Made by a program: the position numbers and the translations under genes. From an uncultured Methanoregulaceae archaeon (GTDB lineage: Archaea > Halobacteriota > Methanomicrobia > Methanomicrobiales > Methanospirillaceae), in contig OY970061.1 of assembly GCA_963705255.1 (NCBI GenBank), positions 1,696,001 to 1,760,000 of the forward strand: DNA of 64,000 nucleotides. Reading direction: 5' to 3'. The notes beneath the pieces are model-generated. The model made no database searches and had not been told where the DNA came from. It saw only the letters and a list, made by a program, of their open reading frames with translations. Below, one piece after another: positions 10,267 through 21,341 of this stretch (its first letter is position 1; each line of letters starts with the position of its first letter).

Positions 10267-13093
10267 ATGGGGGTGAACGGGACCGATTCAGACGGGCCGG
10301 GGACGTCCGGCACGACCGTCCTTTTTACGGGACACCCGGTCCTGCGAAAATGTGCCATCCTCTCCGGAGCCGGGACTGTCCTTATCGGAATCCTGGGAAT
10401 TATCGGGCTGTATCTCAATCTCACGGTATTGCGCAGCATCTACCCGGGATACCAGCCTATGGCATTCAGCGCCGCCGTGCTCTCCATCCTGTTCGGGGCC
10501 GTCCTGGTCTCCCACACCCTGCGGCCGTTCACGGGCAGGATGCGGGTATTCATCCAGCTGGTTGTCGCAGCTGTCGCGGTCACCGGTGCGCTGGAGCTGC
10601 CGCTCAATGTACAGGGACGCCATTTCATTGTCGAGACGGTGATGGTGCAGGCCGGTAACGCCCTCGCGGGCCAGCTCACGACGCCCATCTCTCCCGGGGC
10701 CCTGTGCATCGTGATCGCGGTCTCGATCGGGTTCTTTCTCCTGCTCATCAAGCCCACCCCGTCAAAGGAGCGGCAGCGTGAACTTGATGCGATCTGCCTG
10801 GCCGGCCTGGCGGTCGTGCTGGTGAGTTTCACCTTCCTCATGAGCTATATCTTCGGGGCCCCGTTCCTCTACGGGACACCGTTGATCCCCATTGCAGCAC
10901 CAACGACACTCGCGCTGACCTGTATCGGGATCGGCCTCGTGGCTGCCGCGGGCCCGGCAGCGTTCCCGCTCCGGTATTTCATCGGCCCCTCCACCAGCGC
11001 CCGCCTCCTCCGCACATTTCTCCCGCTGGTGCTTGCCATCGTCCTCTTGGATAGTTTTCTTGACGTCATCCTGCCGCTGTTCAACACAACCCGGTACGCC
11101 CTTGAGGTCTCGGTAACTCTTGTCGTATTTTCCGTGATCACGGGGTATGTAGTCATCAGGGTCTCCAGGGGACTTGGCATGGCGCTGGAGGCCGAGGAAC
11201 GGAAACGGAGGGAAGCCGAAGGGAAACTTGCCCGCCAAAACGAAAACCTCGCCGCCACGAACGAGGAACTCACTGCCACGGGTGAAGAACTCAGGGCAAA
11301 CCTCGATGAACTTGCCCGGAGGGAGGGGGAGTTACGGGAGAGCGAGGAGAAATACCGTTCTCTCTTTGAAAACCTGCTCGAAGGTTATGCCTACTGCCGC
11401 ATGATCTACGACGAGTCCGGGCGCCCGGACGATTTCATCTACCTCGAAGTCAACCGTGCGTTCGACGAGATCATCGGAACAAAGACTGTCACGGGGAAGC
11501 GGGTCTCTGAGGTATTTCCGGGGATAAAAGAAGAGTTCCCTGACCTGTTTGAGATTTATGGGAAGGTCGCGCTGAGTGGGAGGCCGGAGGCATTTGACAT
11601 CGATTTCAGGCCGTCCGGAAAATGGCTGCACATCTCCGTCTATTCCCCGGCAAAAGAGCACTTCGTCGCAATTTTTGAAGATATCACCGGGCGCAGGAAG
11701 GCCGAGAACGTCCTGACCCTGTACAAGATCTTCACCGAGAACGCCCACGACCTTATCCTCTTCATCCGCAAGCGTGACGGCCGGATCATCGAGGCAAACA
11801 AAGCCGCGGTCATGACGTACGGGTATACGAGAGAGGAACTGCTTGGTATGACCATCTTTGAGCTCCGGGCCTCTGACAGGAGAGAAGAGATCACCAGCCA
11901 GATGGAGAGGGCTTCCGGTGAGGGACTGGTCTTTTCGACCCTGCACCGGAAAAAAGACGGGAGCGATCTCCCGGTTGAAGTCAGTTCGGTCTCGATGGCC
12001 TTCGAGAACGAGCTGGTCCTCGTCTCCATCATCCGTGATATCTCCGAACGGAAGCGGGCGGAAGAGACACAGACCCTTCTTGCGTCGATTGTCACGAATT
12101 CGGAAGATGCGATCTACGGGAAGACCCTTGACGGCATCATCACGAGCTGGAACTCCGGCGCAGAGAAGATCTACGGGTATACGGCACAGGAAGCCATCGG
12201 TCGCCACGTCTCTTTCCTGACTCCTCCGGAATATGCTGATGATATTGAGACCATCCTGAAAACCATCGGGGAGAACCAACCGGTGCGGTACCACGAGACC
12301 GTCAGGATGCGGAAAGATGGCGGGCGCATCAACACCGCGATAAGTGTCTCACCGATAAAAAATGCAGACGGTGTCGTGATCGGTGCCTCGACCATCGCGC
12401 GGGACATCACTGAACAAAAACGGGTGGAATCCGCGCTGGTGGTTGCCAACAGGAAACTCAGCCTGCTCAACAGCATCACCCGCCACGATATCCGGAACCA
12501 GCTCCTTGCCCTGGGGGGGTTCCTTGAACTGTATCACGAAGAGTACCTGGGTGATACCAGGTTGCAGGGATACTTCGAGCGGCTGATAAAATCGGTCAGG
12601 GTGATCGGAAACCAGATCGAGTTTGCGAAATCCTACCAGGAACTCGGTGTGAAATCTCCGGAATGGTACCGGGTGGAAGAGGTTGCAGGAGTGGTTGCAG
12701 GGGCCGGCGGGTTTGGCGCGATCCCTGTCAGTACCGGGACCGGCCCGCTCGAGATATTTGCAGACCCGATGTTTGAAAAGGTGTTTTTCAACCTGTTCGA
12801 CAACGCGGCCAGGCACGGGGAGCACGTAACCCGGGTGAGCATCTCGTTTGAGCAGCGGAACGGCCGACGGCATTCTCATCGTCGCTGATGACGGAGTCGG
12901 CGTACCGCTGGCAGACAAGGAGCGTATCTTCGAGCGCGGGTTCGGGAGGAACACGGGTCTCGGCCTCTTCCTTGTGCGGGAGATCCTTGGCATCACCGGC
13001 ATGAGCATCCGGGAGACCGGGGAGCCCGGAAAAGGGGCACGGTTCGAGGTCACCGTGCCCAAAGGGATGTTCCGGCTGGGAAGCGGGGCGTAG
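10267..13093 (+). CDS. Membrane-bound multi-PAS sensor histidine kinase, frameshift near 12865
   Basis: ~7 TM helices, 3 PAS domains, ITRHDIRNQL H-box, NLFDNAARHG; DDGVG and GLGLFL boxes in the shifted frame. Confidence 0.88.
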
Positions 13094-13220
13094 GAGATCC
13101 ATCGGGAAGGGCCGTTCCGTGCTGCCACTCCTTCACCACCATTGCCGTCGGCCGGATGGCACGAAACAAATGTTTTTCCCGAGCTGCTGTGATTACCGGG
13201 ATAAAGGAGGGATAAGTATC

Positions 13221-14144
13221 ATGAAAGCGGTCCGTATTCACAAATTCGGCAATTCCGGGGTCCTGAAGTTCGAGGACGCACCGGAACCGGAGATCGGTCC
13301 TGACGAAGTACTCGTCAAAGTGTACGCCTGCGGGGTCAACCCGGTCGACTGGAAGATCCGTGAAGGGTTCATGGAGCAGATGGCGCACCACAGCCTGCCG
13401 CTCACGCTCGGGTGGGACGTTGCAGGCACCGTGGAATCGACCGGGGCTCTGGTCAAACGGTTCGAACGGGGAGACGCGGTCTTCTGCCGGCCCGACACGC
13501 TCCGCAACGGGGGGTATGCGGAGTACATTGCGGTGAGGACCATCGAACTCGCGAACGCACCGGAGAGCATTCCGCTCGATCATGCGGCCGGGATCCCCCT
13601 CGCCTCGCAGGCCGCGTGGATGGCGCTTTTCGAGGTCGCGGGTCTCAGGACCGGCCAGAAGATCCTGATCCATGGGGCATCCGGGGGGCTCGGCACCTTC
13701 GCCGTCCAGTTTGCAAAGGCTGCGGGCGCTCATGTCATCGGAACGACCTCCGCGGGAAACTTCGGGCTGGTCGAGTCGCTCGGTGCTGACGAGATCATCG
13801 ATCACACTTCGGAAGATTTCAGCAGGAAGGTGAAAGGCATGGACGTGGTGTTCGACACTATCGGCGGGGAGACGCAGGCGAAATCGTGGGGCGTTCTCAG
13901 GAAAGGCGGGGTTCTCGTCTCGAGCGTCGGAGCGGACGAAAAGGCCGCAGCGGCCCATGGTGTGAGCGGCAGGTCGTTCCTGCTCAACTCCAACGGCGCA
14001 CGGCTGCAGGAGATCGGCGGGCTTGTGGACGAGGGGAACGTGAGCGTTATCATCGAGAAAGTGCTGCCCCTTTCCGAGGCAAAGGCTGCACACGACCTGA
14101 GCCAGACAGGCCATGCGAGAGGAAAGATTATCCTGAAAGTGTGA
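13221..14144 (+). CDS. NADPH:quinone oxidoreductase (MDR family)
   Basis: MKAVRIH, GVNPVDWK, IHGASGGLG, GHARGKIIL. Confidence 0.9.
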   Translation: MKAVRIHKFGNSGVLKFEDAPEPEIGPDEVLVKVYACGVNPVDWKIREGFMEQMAHHSLPLTLGWDVAGTVESTGALVKRFERGDAVFCRPDTLRNGGYAEYIAVRTIELANAPESIPLDHAAGIPLASQAAWMALFEVAGLRTGQKILIHGASGGLGTFAVQFAKAAGAHVIGTTSAGNFGLVESLGADEIIDHTSEDFSRKVKGMDVVFDTIGGETQAKSWGVLRKGGVLVSSVGADEKAAAAHGVSGRSFLLNSNGARLQEIGGLVDEGNVSVIIEKVLPLSEAKAAHDLSQTGHARGKIILKV

Positions 14145-14226
14145 CGCCACCGCAGGCAAAACCTGACTTCTGCCTCGCCGTCACCGGAATGCTCCCCCAC
14201 CTTTTTTACCCTCGCAGGGAGAACGC

Positions 14227-14970
14227 ATGGTACGCATGGACACGATCCCCCTTGAGATGCAGAGCGAAGAGTCGGCCATCCGGTTCCGGGACTGCTTCTC
14301 TGTCAGGTATATCCAGTCTGCCGCCCTGCTCTGCAGGCTCGGGTACCAGATCGAAAAGGTTCCCCGGGAGCCTGAGCCGTCCCAGGAAGTCCTCCTCCGG
14401 CACGAGGTATTCATCCTCAATTCCGTCCTCTCCGCCGTTGCCTTCCTCGAGTCCACCATCAACGAGCTCTTTGCCGATGCTGCAGACGATGCCTATTTCT
14501 TTGCCGACGAGAAGACCGAGCTGCTTCTCAGGGCCATCCGGGAGAAGTGGAGGAACGGGAAGAACTTCGACCGTGCCCCGATGATCAGCAAGTACCAGAA
14601 GATCCTTGCAATTGCAGGCCAGCCCCCGTTCAGTGAGGACGAACCGGCGTTTTCGAACGTCAGGGAGCTGATCGGGATCCGCAACCACCTTATGCATTAC
14701 AAGCGGGAGTGGGTCGTAGTCCGGAAGACCGGCAGTGCGGGCCCGGGAGAGGAGACCATGAGCGAAAAATTCGCAAAACATCTGGGGAAGAAATTCGCCA
14801 CGAACCCGTTCGCTGCACAGAACCTGCCCTTCTTCCCGGACCAGTGCCTCGGCCACGGGTGTGCCGAGTGGGCGATCGTCAACAGCATCGTCTTCACGGA
14901 CGAGTTCTTCCGGCGGCTCGGGCTTCCGGTGCCGTACGAGGGCGTGAAGGACGAGCTGGGGACAAGATGA
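14227..14970 (+). CDS. Hypothetical protein with HEPN-like RxxxxH motif
   Basis: AFLESTINE and IRNHLMHYK motifs. Confidence 0.55.
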   Translation: MVRMDTIPLEMQSEESAIRFRDCFSVRYIQSAALLCRLGYQIEKVPREPEPSQEVLLRHEVFILNSVLSAVAFLESTINELFADAADDAYFFADEKTELLLRAIREKWRNGKNFDRAPMISKYQKILAIAGQPPFSEDEPAFSNVRELIGIRNHLMHYKREWVVVRKTGSAGPGEETMSEKFAKHLGKKFATNPFAAQNLPFFPDQCLGHGCAEWAIVNSIVFTDEFFRRLGLPVPYEGVKDELGTR

Positions 14971-14976
14971 GTATTT

Positions 14977-15125
14977 TCACGAAGCATACTTTCCGGAAAG
15001 ATGCGGCTGAGTGCCTTACGCACAAGACGATCCGGAGCCCGATGGGGCTTCTCCGCTTCGTGATTGGAGAGGTTTGTCAAAACCTCAACGAGGAGAATCA
15101 GAGAGGTTTCTTGTAAACCTCGATG
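14977..15125. repeat. Cluster of nested short hairpins (REP/MITE-like) between convergent genes
   Basis: CACGAAGC...GCTTCGTG enclosing GGAGCCC-GAT-GGGCTTC; also GAGGTTT-GTCA-AAACCTC and GAGGTTT-CTTGT-AAACCTC. Confidence 0.6.
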
Positions 15126-15214
15126 AAGAGAAGTGAGGCAATAAGCCGAACTTCGAAGGACGGCATCATCCGGCCGCCATAATGGGACTATCCCTTGTTA
15201 TATCCGCCCATATC

Positions 15215-15862
15215 TCATTTTCCAGCAATCCCCCGGATATACTCCAGCGCCGCTATCGCATCGTCCCGTTTCCGGTCGCAGGCATGATCCTTTACCCACC
15301 CGAGGAACCGGTCCCTGACACCGTCATCAAGGGTATCCCCGGCGGCTTCCGCGACCCGCCGGTAGGTCCGCTGCGGGTAAAAAACGGATTTTGCCGCAGC
15401 GAGCAGGATATCGTGATCTTCAGCGCTCAGCACTCCCTGCCGGGCAGCCTCCCTCAGGGTAAAACGGATGTTGATGAGCGGTTCGGAAAGGGTGAGCCCG
15501 GTCTCCGGGTCAAAGACAAGCGCCACCTCGTCGTCCGACTCCAGTTCCCCGCTCTTGTACATCCGGTAGACTTCGCCGACGCCCACCATCCCCAGCGTGT
15601 CCATCTCGGCAGCCCGCAGGGCGCCCATGCTGGACGAACCCACTACCATGACCCCCTTTTTCACTGCCTGGAGGATCTCCCGGTGGGCCACCGCACTCTC
15701 CTGGTGGAAGACCCCATCGATCAGCCCGATGATCGCGGCGCCGTCGTCAGCCGCCCGGAGGAGGTCGCCCCGTTTGGCGGGCGGGCGGTACTCAGCGGCG
15801 AGGATCTTCTCCGCTGACGGCCGGTCAAGACTTGGCCCGAGAAAGACGATGATCCTGTGCAT
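15215..15862 (-). CDS. tfuA: TfuA McrA-glycine thioamidation protein
   Basis: VFLGPSL, IGLIDGVF, SSMGALRAAE, DDEVA; adjacent to ycaO. Confidence 0.93.
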   Translation of the reverse strand: MHRIIVFLGPSLDRPSAEKILAAEYRPPAKRGDLLRAADDGAAIIGLIDGVFHQESAVAHREILQAVKKGVMVVGSSSMGALRAAEMDTLGMVGVGEVYRMYKSGELESDDEVALVFDPETGLTLSEPLINIRFTLREAARQGVLSAEDHDILLAAAKSVFYPQRTYRRVAEAAGDTLDDGVRDRFLGWVKDHACDRKRDDAIAALEYIRGIAGK

Positions 15863-17037
15863 TGTCCACCCGTCTGCCACGGCGTTCAGGGTCCACGGCG
15901 AACACCTCGAGGCCCGGCACGACGACCCGCACGACCGGTATACCGATCTCTTCCCGGGTCAGGTCGACAACGATGACCCGGTCCATTCCCTGTTTTCTGA
16001 GCGCGTCCAGGATGAAGCGGATGTCGTTCAGGAAATCGTCGCTGTCGAACGATTGGAGATCGTTGTAACCCACGGTCCCGCTGTCTCGGTACCAGTAGCC
16101 GTTGATCCTTTTCGCCCGTTCGTATCCCATCCTCTTCCGGAGCTCGGCGAGGGTCGTGTCCTCGCGGGCGCCGTGGATCTGCGTGAGCCTGCTCTGCGCC
16201 ACTTCGGTGAGCGCCCGCATCACGGCAATCCGTGCGCTCGTGTGCGTCCCGATGCCGATCGTCAGGAGCATCGGGTCCCTGAGGAGCACGTCATCGGAGA
16301 CGGCCGCTATCGTCGGGATCCCGATGTCGCTGGTGATGTCCCGCACTTTCACTTCTACCTGTGCAGCCGAAAATTTGCCCAGCATCTCTACGAGAGACGG
16401 ATCATCGATCTCTGCCAGGCACGGCCCGGTATCGCGGCATGCCTCCACCAGCGACCACGCGTCCCGCTCGATCACTTCCGAGAGGGCATGGAAGACGGCC
16501 TCCTCGAAGGTATTGCCGGACGCAAGGCCGTTGGTACTGGTGCGGAAGAGGGGGCGGTAATTGTGAGGGAGCGGGTGGAAGACGGCATGGGCAGGGAGAA
16601 TGACGGGCTCGTTGTTCGCAATATCGTACCCCTCCGTCCAGGCGATGAGGCGGTCGGTATCGGAACCCTCGGGCAGGATCAGGTCCTTCGGGTCGATGAC
16701 ATTGCCGTGGGCAAGCATCTCCTGGTAGGGTGCAAGGGTCACTCTCCGGTCGTGCAGTTCCGAGGAGTAGCGTTCGATCCCTTCCATGATGGCCGAGATC
16801 CGGGACTCCTCGACCGTCGCCCCTTTCCCGTTATAGACCGTGATCGCCCCGGCTTCGGCCGTAGGCCTGATGCAGGAGAAGACCGGGATGCCGATCCGGT
16901 CGAGGCTGGTGATGTCGGCGACCCGCGTGATGCCGGCGGCGGGTACTTTCGGCTCTATGCGGGCGAGGGTCTCTTCAAGGGGGACGGCACGCTGGGTCTC
17001 GTTGTTGTAGGTCTTCCTGCAGGGTCTGGAGTTGCAT
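15825..17037 (-). CDS. ycaO: YcaO McrA-glycine thioamidation protein, probable indel just after the start
   Basis: GITRVADIT.LDRIGIP, NGKG, MEGIERYS, TNGLASGN, EVIERDA, VVVPGLE; likely start ATG 17037 after a GGTGA RBS. Confidence 0.93.
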
Positions 17038-17375
17038 GGGGTCACCAGGAATCCGGGCATCTGCCAGACGGGCCGTGCATAGGAGTCTGGAGAGGGCCGG
17101 AAGGATATATTCAGTATAAAAAAGTAGAGCGTGCCGGTGTTTATACATGTTCATGTGGCGGCAACAAGAAAATCCTGCAGCACCGGCTCCGTTCATCCAT
17201 AATCATACCCGGGCACCGCGACGGGACCGGGAGCACGGTGGAGGACATGAGAGCGGCGGGGTATCCTTTCCCGGCCAAGGCCCGGGCAGGGTTTCCCTGG
17301 TAAATACTGGGGTATTGAAACAGCCCGTCAGATGAGCCGGCCATAGGGATGACAAGTGAGATTATTTGCAGAAAA

Positions 17376-17522
17376 AGCTTTGCTGAAACCCTATTTTTCT
17401 GATCATTTGCTTACTCTGCTCCAGTTAGGAGGGAGACCCCCTCTCTCCCCCAGTGGGGGAGGCATCCCAAGGGGAGCATCCCCTTGACCCCCGTTTTTTC
17501 AAGGGTTTTTCATCAACATTCT
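17376..17522. mobile_element. MITE-like element with imperfect terminal inverted repeats
   Basis: TTGCTGAAACCCT ... AGGGTTTTTCATCAA; internal GC hairpins TCCCCCAGTGGGGGA and CAAGGGG-AGCAT-CCCCTTG. Confidence 0.55.
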
Positions 17523-17668
17523 GAGGGACTATCGCAGTTTTGGGGGATGCCCGAGCGGCGGGGGTGGAGGCATAAAGTGCTGGAGCCCCCAAGAGCGACT
17601 ACTTGTTTCTCTGGTGATTTCAACCGAGCTGCCGGAACGCCCTACGCGGGCTGTCTGCAGTACCCTTC
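17523..17668. repeat. Second structured intergenic element abutting the MITE
   Basis: TCGC..TTGGGGG ... CCCCCAA..GCGA long stem; no credible coding potential. Confidence 0.4.
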
Positions 17669-17698
17669 GCCCCGGGTGAGGAAACTGCAGTTTTCCCC

Positions 17699-18391
17699 CT
17701 ATGAACCGGCAGGTCCCTGCGTTTGTGCAAACTCACGGACTTTTCCCGATGCTCCCGGGCGGAGCGGCACCCCGTGTCCCGGGAGCATGAGATCGAACTC
17801 CAGGGAGGCGATTTTCCGGACGGATTGCCGTGCCCGGTCCACGTCCACGGTGAACTGTTCCGTGGGTCCTTCAAGGGTCTTCCCGTCAAACCGGAGCGTA
17901 TCGCCCGCAAAGAACGTCCTTGTCCCTTCATCCAGGAGGCCGATGCTGCCCGGGGTGTGCCCCGGGAGATGGATGCAGACAAGGCCCTCCACACGGTCCC
18001 CGTCCCTGAGGAGGATGTCCGGCCGGAAAATGTCCGGTCTCATGAAGATGCCGAGGATGCGCACCAGCAGGCCCATGCCCCCTTTCGGTCGGGGCGGAGA
18101 TATCTTCCCCGATACATAGGCCGCGTCCGCCTCGTGCACCGCGACCTTTGCCCCCCCGCCGGAGGCATTCTTCAGTGCCGTGACGTTGCCGGTATGATCG
18201 ATGTGGTAATGCGTCAGGATGATGGTGCGGATGTCCTGAGGCTGGCGGTGCAACTGGTCCCGGATATATGCGAGGATCTTCGGACTGTTTCCCGGCAGCC
18301 CGGTATCGATAATGGTCAGCCCGTCGCGGACGATGACATAGCAGTTGCCATTGACACCGTCCACCTGGTGGATTCCCGGTAGGATCTCCAT
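17699..18391 (-). CDS. MBL-fold metallo-hydrolase
   Basis: IDTG, THYHIDHTG, PGHTPG, GD, PGHG motifs. Confidence 0.92.
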   Translation of the reverse strand: MEILPGIHQVDGVNGNCYVIVRDGLTIIDTGLPGNSPKILAYIRDQLHRQPQDIRTIILTHYHIDHTGNVTALKNASGGGAKVAVHEADAAYVSGKISPPRPKGGMGLLVRILGIFMRPDIFRPDILLRDGDRVEGLVCIHLPGHTPGSIGLLDEGTRTFFAGDTLRFDGKTLEGPTEQFTVDVDRARQSVRKIASLEFDLMLPGHGVPLRPGASGKVREFAQTQGPAGS

Positions 18392-18536
18392 GGTATCACT
18401 GAGTGCGTGGTATGGTTGTTTCAGGATATCAGGCTTGCTGGCAAGAGATGATATCTGGAGCAAAATGAAATCGTCTCTTTCATTCGAAAAATACCATGAG
18501 ACGGGCTACCGGCAGGAGGTGGCCGTGCAGGAAGTA

Positions 18537-19541
18537 TCAGCCGAACCATCCTTCGAGCGTCTTCTGGCCCGCCTTTACCGTGAACCCTTCCATTGCCTTG
18601 TTCACCCGCTCTTCCGAGAAGTCGTAGCCGTCGCAGAGCATCCTCCTGATCCCTTCCGGGTCGGGGTGCCCGGCGGCAATGGCATAGTCGTCCGTGACCG
18701 GAGGGTGAAGGAACAGGTCCATGACCGGAGTTGGATCAAAATCCGGTTGATTTTCCCGTAATTTTGCGATAAATTCGCCTTTTTGCACCAGTTTGAGCCC
18801 GGTCTTTGCACCCACGCCGTCGACTCCCTCGTTGAAATCGGTTCCTACGAGGATGCCGATCTCGATCAGCTGCTCGCGGGTGAGCTGCAGGCCGGCAAGC
18901 GTGTCGGCGAGCACGATCCGCTCCGGGCTGACGGTTATCTGCCTCCCCCGGATCTTCCGCTTGCCGCTGACCGTCAGGTTCCGGACGAGGACGGGGGCCC
19001 CGAAGAGGAGGGTGTCGTAATCCTGCGACACCACGTACCGGGCATCGCCTTTTGCCGCCATGTAGGAGGCCTGCGCCTCACCTTCACCGGGGGCCTGGAC
19101 TACGGGGATGCCCATGAGGCGGAGCAGTTCCTTCGAGGTCTCGACAACGGTGGTATCGACCCTGGTCGCCGACCGTGCCTGTTTGTAGGCTTCCTCCTCG
19201 TCTCCCCGTTCGACCGCCGCCTTCCACTTCTCGCCGGCCGCATCGCGGACCTTCCGGCGCCCCTCGATCGTTGCCTGCTTGAGCACGGCAGGCTGCCCGT
19301 CAAAGACAAAGACCGGTTTGATCCCTCTCTCCATGAAGTTCGAGACCCGGAAGAGGATGCCGGAGAGGTGGGAGGTCACCCGCCCGCGCCGGTCCATCAG
19401 CGGCGTCCCGTCCGGCTGGCGGATGATGGTCAGGAACTGGTAGAGGGCGTTGTTGGCGTCTATGGCGGCGATCCCCGCAAGCGACTCCCAGGTGACCGGC
19501 ACCTTGTAATCCGCGATGATATCGCGCAGTGGAACACCCAT
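18537..19541 (-). CDS. fen: Flap endonuclease 1
   Basis: IDANNALYQFL, SHLSG, EGEAQA, SQDYD, GTDFN; C-terminal PIP box QKTLEGWF. Confidence 0.97.
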   Translation of the reverse strand: MGVPLRDIIADYKVPVTWESLAGIAAIDANNALYQFLTIIRQPDGTPLMDRRGRVTSHLSGILFRVSNFMERGIKPVFVFDGQPAVLKQATIEGRRKVRDAAGEKWKAAVERGDEEEAYKQARSATRVDTTVVETSKELLRLMGIPVVQAPGEGEAQASYMAAKGDARYVVSQDYDTLLFGAPVLVRNLTVSGKRKIRGRQITVSPERIVLADTLAGLQLTREQLIEIGILVGTDFNEGVDGVGAKTGLKLVQKGEFIAKLRENQPDFDPTPVMDLFLHPPVTDDYAIAAGHPDPEGIRRMLCDGYDFSEERVNKAMEGFTVKAGQKTLEGWFG

Positions 19542-19566
19542 GCAGAATCACGCCATGGAAAAACGG

Positions 19567-19881
19567 TTACTTATACGCCCGCCGGGAAAATTCGGCGATG
19601 AGTTCATCGAGGTGGGAGAGGGCCATGTCATACTTGTCCACCATCCGCGTGGAGATCTCCTCGAGGTTGGTGCGCAGCATCCGTTCGCGGGTGATGACGC
19701 TCTGTTCCAGCCTTCGCATCTTGACCTGGAGCGAGAGGAAGAGCCCCCCGATTGCGAGCATCATCAGGGCCGCAGCGATCGCGATAGTGAGGTCCTGCCA
19801 GAACCGGAGGATGAGGACGAGCGTGGAAACGACCATGACGATGGTGAGGAGGATATCAACAAGGTACTCACGTATCTCCAT
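19567..19881 (-). CDS. Small two-TM coiled-coil membrane protein
   Basis: Two hydrophobic helices followed by a coiled coil; directly upstream of fen. Confidence 0.65.
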   Translation of the reverse strand: MEIREYLVDILLTIVMVVSTLVLILRFWQDLTIAIAAALMMLAIGGLFLSLQVKMRRLEQSVITRERMLRTNLEEISTRMVDKYDMALSHLDELIAEFSRRAYK

Positions 19882-19938
19882 GCTTTTAGATGATGAGAGC
19901 ACACTAATTAATCTAACGAACTCAGCAGAGACCAGACC

Positions 19939-20838
19939 ATGGACAGAAAAACCCTCCTCCCGTTTCTTGCGATGCCGATCCTCCTCCTCGCCGTGGAGAT
20001 CGGGGCAATCCTCCTCTCGCTTCCCGTGCAGGCCGCAGGCATCGTGGCGTTCCAGAACCCCACCGATGTCGTGAACCCTCTCATCTTCATCGCCATCCTG
20101 CTCGCGTTTACCGCGCTCCTGCTGGTGCTGATACGCTACAACCTGAAGAAGGTGATCGACGCGGTCATCAAGATATCCTTCTTCCTCACGTTCTGCTACA
20201 TCTTTGCGGCGCTCGTCTATGCTGCCATGGGCGCAACCGACCTGGCAACCGTCCTCGTGTTTGCCTTATCAGTCGTCGCTTCGGTTGTCCTCTTCAAGTA
20301 CCCGGAATGGTATGTCATCGACACGCTGGGTATCCTGATCGGCGCAGGTGTTGCCTCGATATTCGGGGTCTCCCTCGACATCCTGCCCGTTGTCATCCTC
20401 CTCACCCTGCTCGCGCTCTATGATGCGATCTCCGTGTACAAGACAAAACACATGATCACCCTTGCCGAGGGGGTAATCGACCTGAAGACGCCCATACTCT
20501 TTGTCATCCCCAAGCGGAAAGACTACTCGTTCATCCGGGATGGGATCGGAAAGCTGGGCGATGGTGGCGAGCGGGCGGCATTCATCATCGGCATGGGAGA
20601 CATGATCATGCCCTCCATACTCGTCGTCTCGGCCAACGTTTTTCTCAAAGGGTGGAGGCTGGCCGGGATCATCAACCTGCCGGCTATTGGGGCGATCATT
20701 GGCTCGGTTGCCGGTCTTGCGGTACTGCTGCATTTTGTCACGTCCGGAAAACCTCAGGCAGGGCTGCCCCCGCTGTGTGGCGGGACGATCCTCGGGTTCC
20801 TGATCGGATGGGCGGTTATGATGGTGATGGCCGGGTAG
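19939..20838 (+). CDS. Presenilin-family intramembrane aspartyl protease (PSH)
   Basis: YDAISV, GMGD and QAGLPPL motifs; ~9 TM helices. Confidence 0.92.
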   Translation: MDRKTLLPFLAMPILLLAVEIGAILLSLPVQAAGIVAFQNPTDVVNPLIFIAILLAFTALLLVLIRYNLKKVIDAVIKISFFLTFCYIFAALVYAAMGATDLATVLVFALSVVASVVLFKYPEWYVIDTLGILIGAGVASIFGVSLDILPVVILLTLLALYDAISVYKTKHMITLAEGVIDLKTPILFVIPKRKDYSFIRDGIGKLGDGGERAAFIIGMGDMIMPSILVVSANVFLKGWRLAGIINLPAIGAIIGSVAGLAVLLHFVTSGKPQAGLPPLCGGTILGFLIGWAVMMVMAG

Positions 20839-20845
20839 TGCCCGG

Positions 20846-21172
20846 GACTTACTCTCTCCCTGAAAAATAACTGTAGTCGAAGACTACGTCTTCTCCAGCT
20901 CTTGCTTTCCTTCGAAAAGTAATCGCTCCTTAAAATGCCCAGTTTGGCAATCGGAGCCCGATCTGAGAGGTCGGTTTTTGGAGGGTCGCGTTTTTTCGCG
21001 AATTATAGAACAGTGATTTCGAGATAAGGCTGTATTGGGGTTATTTTTCTGATTTGAGGGGCATTTCAGCCTCTGAAAAACGTCTAATTGTTGCCTTTTG
21101 GATGATCCGGGAGCCGGGATCCTGTGGAAAAGGCCGTCCGGGGAAATGGCAGGGGGTGGGATCTGTGTCCGG
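20846..21172 (+). repeat. Dispersed ~300 bp repeat, copy 1 (55 bp insert at 20873-20927)
   Basis: Shares AAAAATAACT, CCCGATCTGAGAGGTCGGTTTT, AGTGATTT.GAGATA.GGCTGTA and GATCCTGTGGAAAAGGC with copies 2 and 3. Confidence 0.9.
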
Positions 21173-21248
21173 ATGGGAGAATTACGTCGGAAAGAGAGCG
21201 TATCGAATATCTTTAAGCTCTTGCCGCTCCTACTTGGGATGCAGTACC

Positions 21249-21335
21249 TATCACTGATATGTTTATTATACTATCATAAAATACTGATATCCCATATCAC
21301 TGATAACTTTATCAGCCTATCAGTAAATACTGATA
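21249..21335 (+). promoter_or_regulatory. Array of TATCA/TGATA inverted repeats (putative operator)
   Basis: TATCACTGATA at 21249 and 21295, TATCA-N8-TGATA at 21272, TATCAGT-AAAT-ACTGATA at 21318, all immediately upstream of the AbiEi-like gene. Confidence 0.65.
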
Positions 21336-21341
21336 TAGCAT

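Noticed and set aside
15215-17037. YcaO-TfuA as a RiPP cluster
   Set aside because: Standard methanogen McrA thioamidation pair; no precursor peptide seen
15597-17303. Long antisense ORFs (also 6037-7068, 8236-9405, 13050-14159, 46510-47739)
   Set aside because: Shadow frames of GC-rich genes, with no motifs
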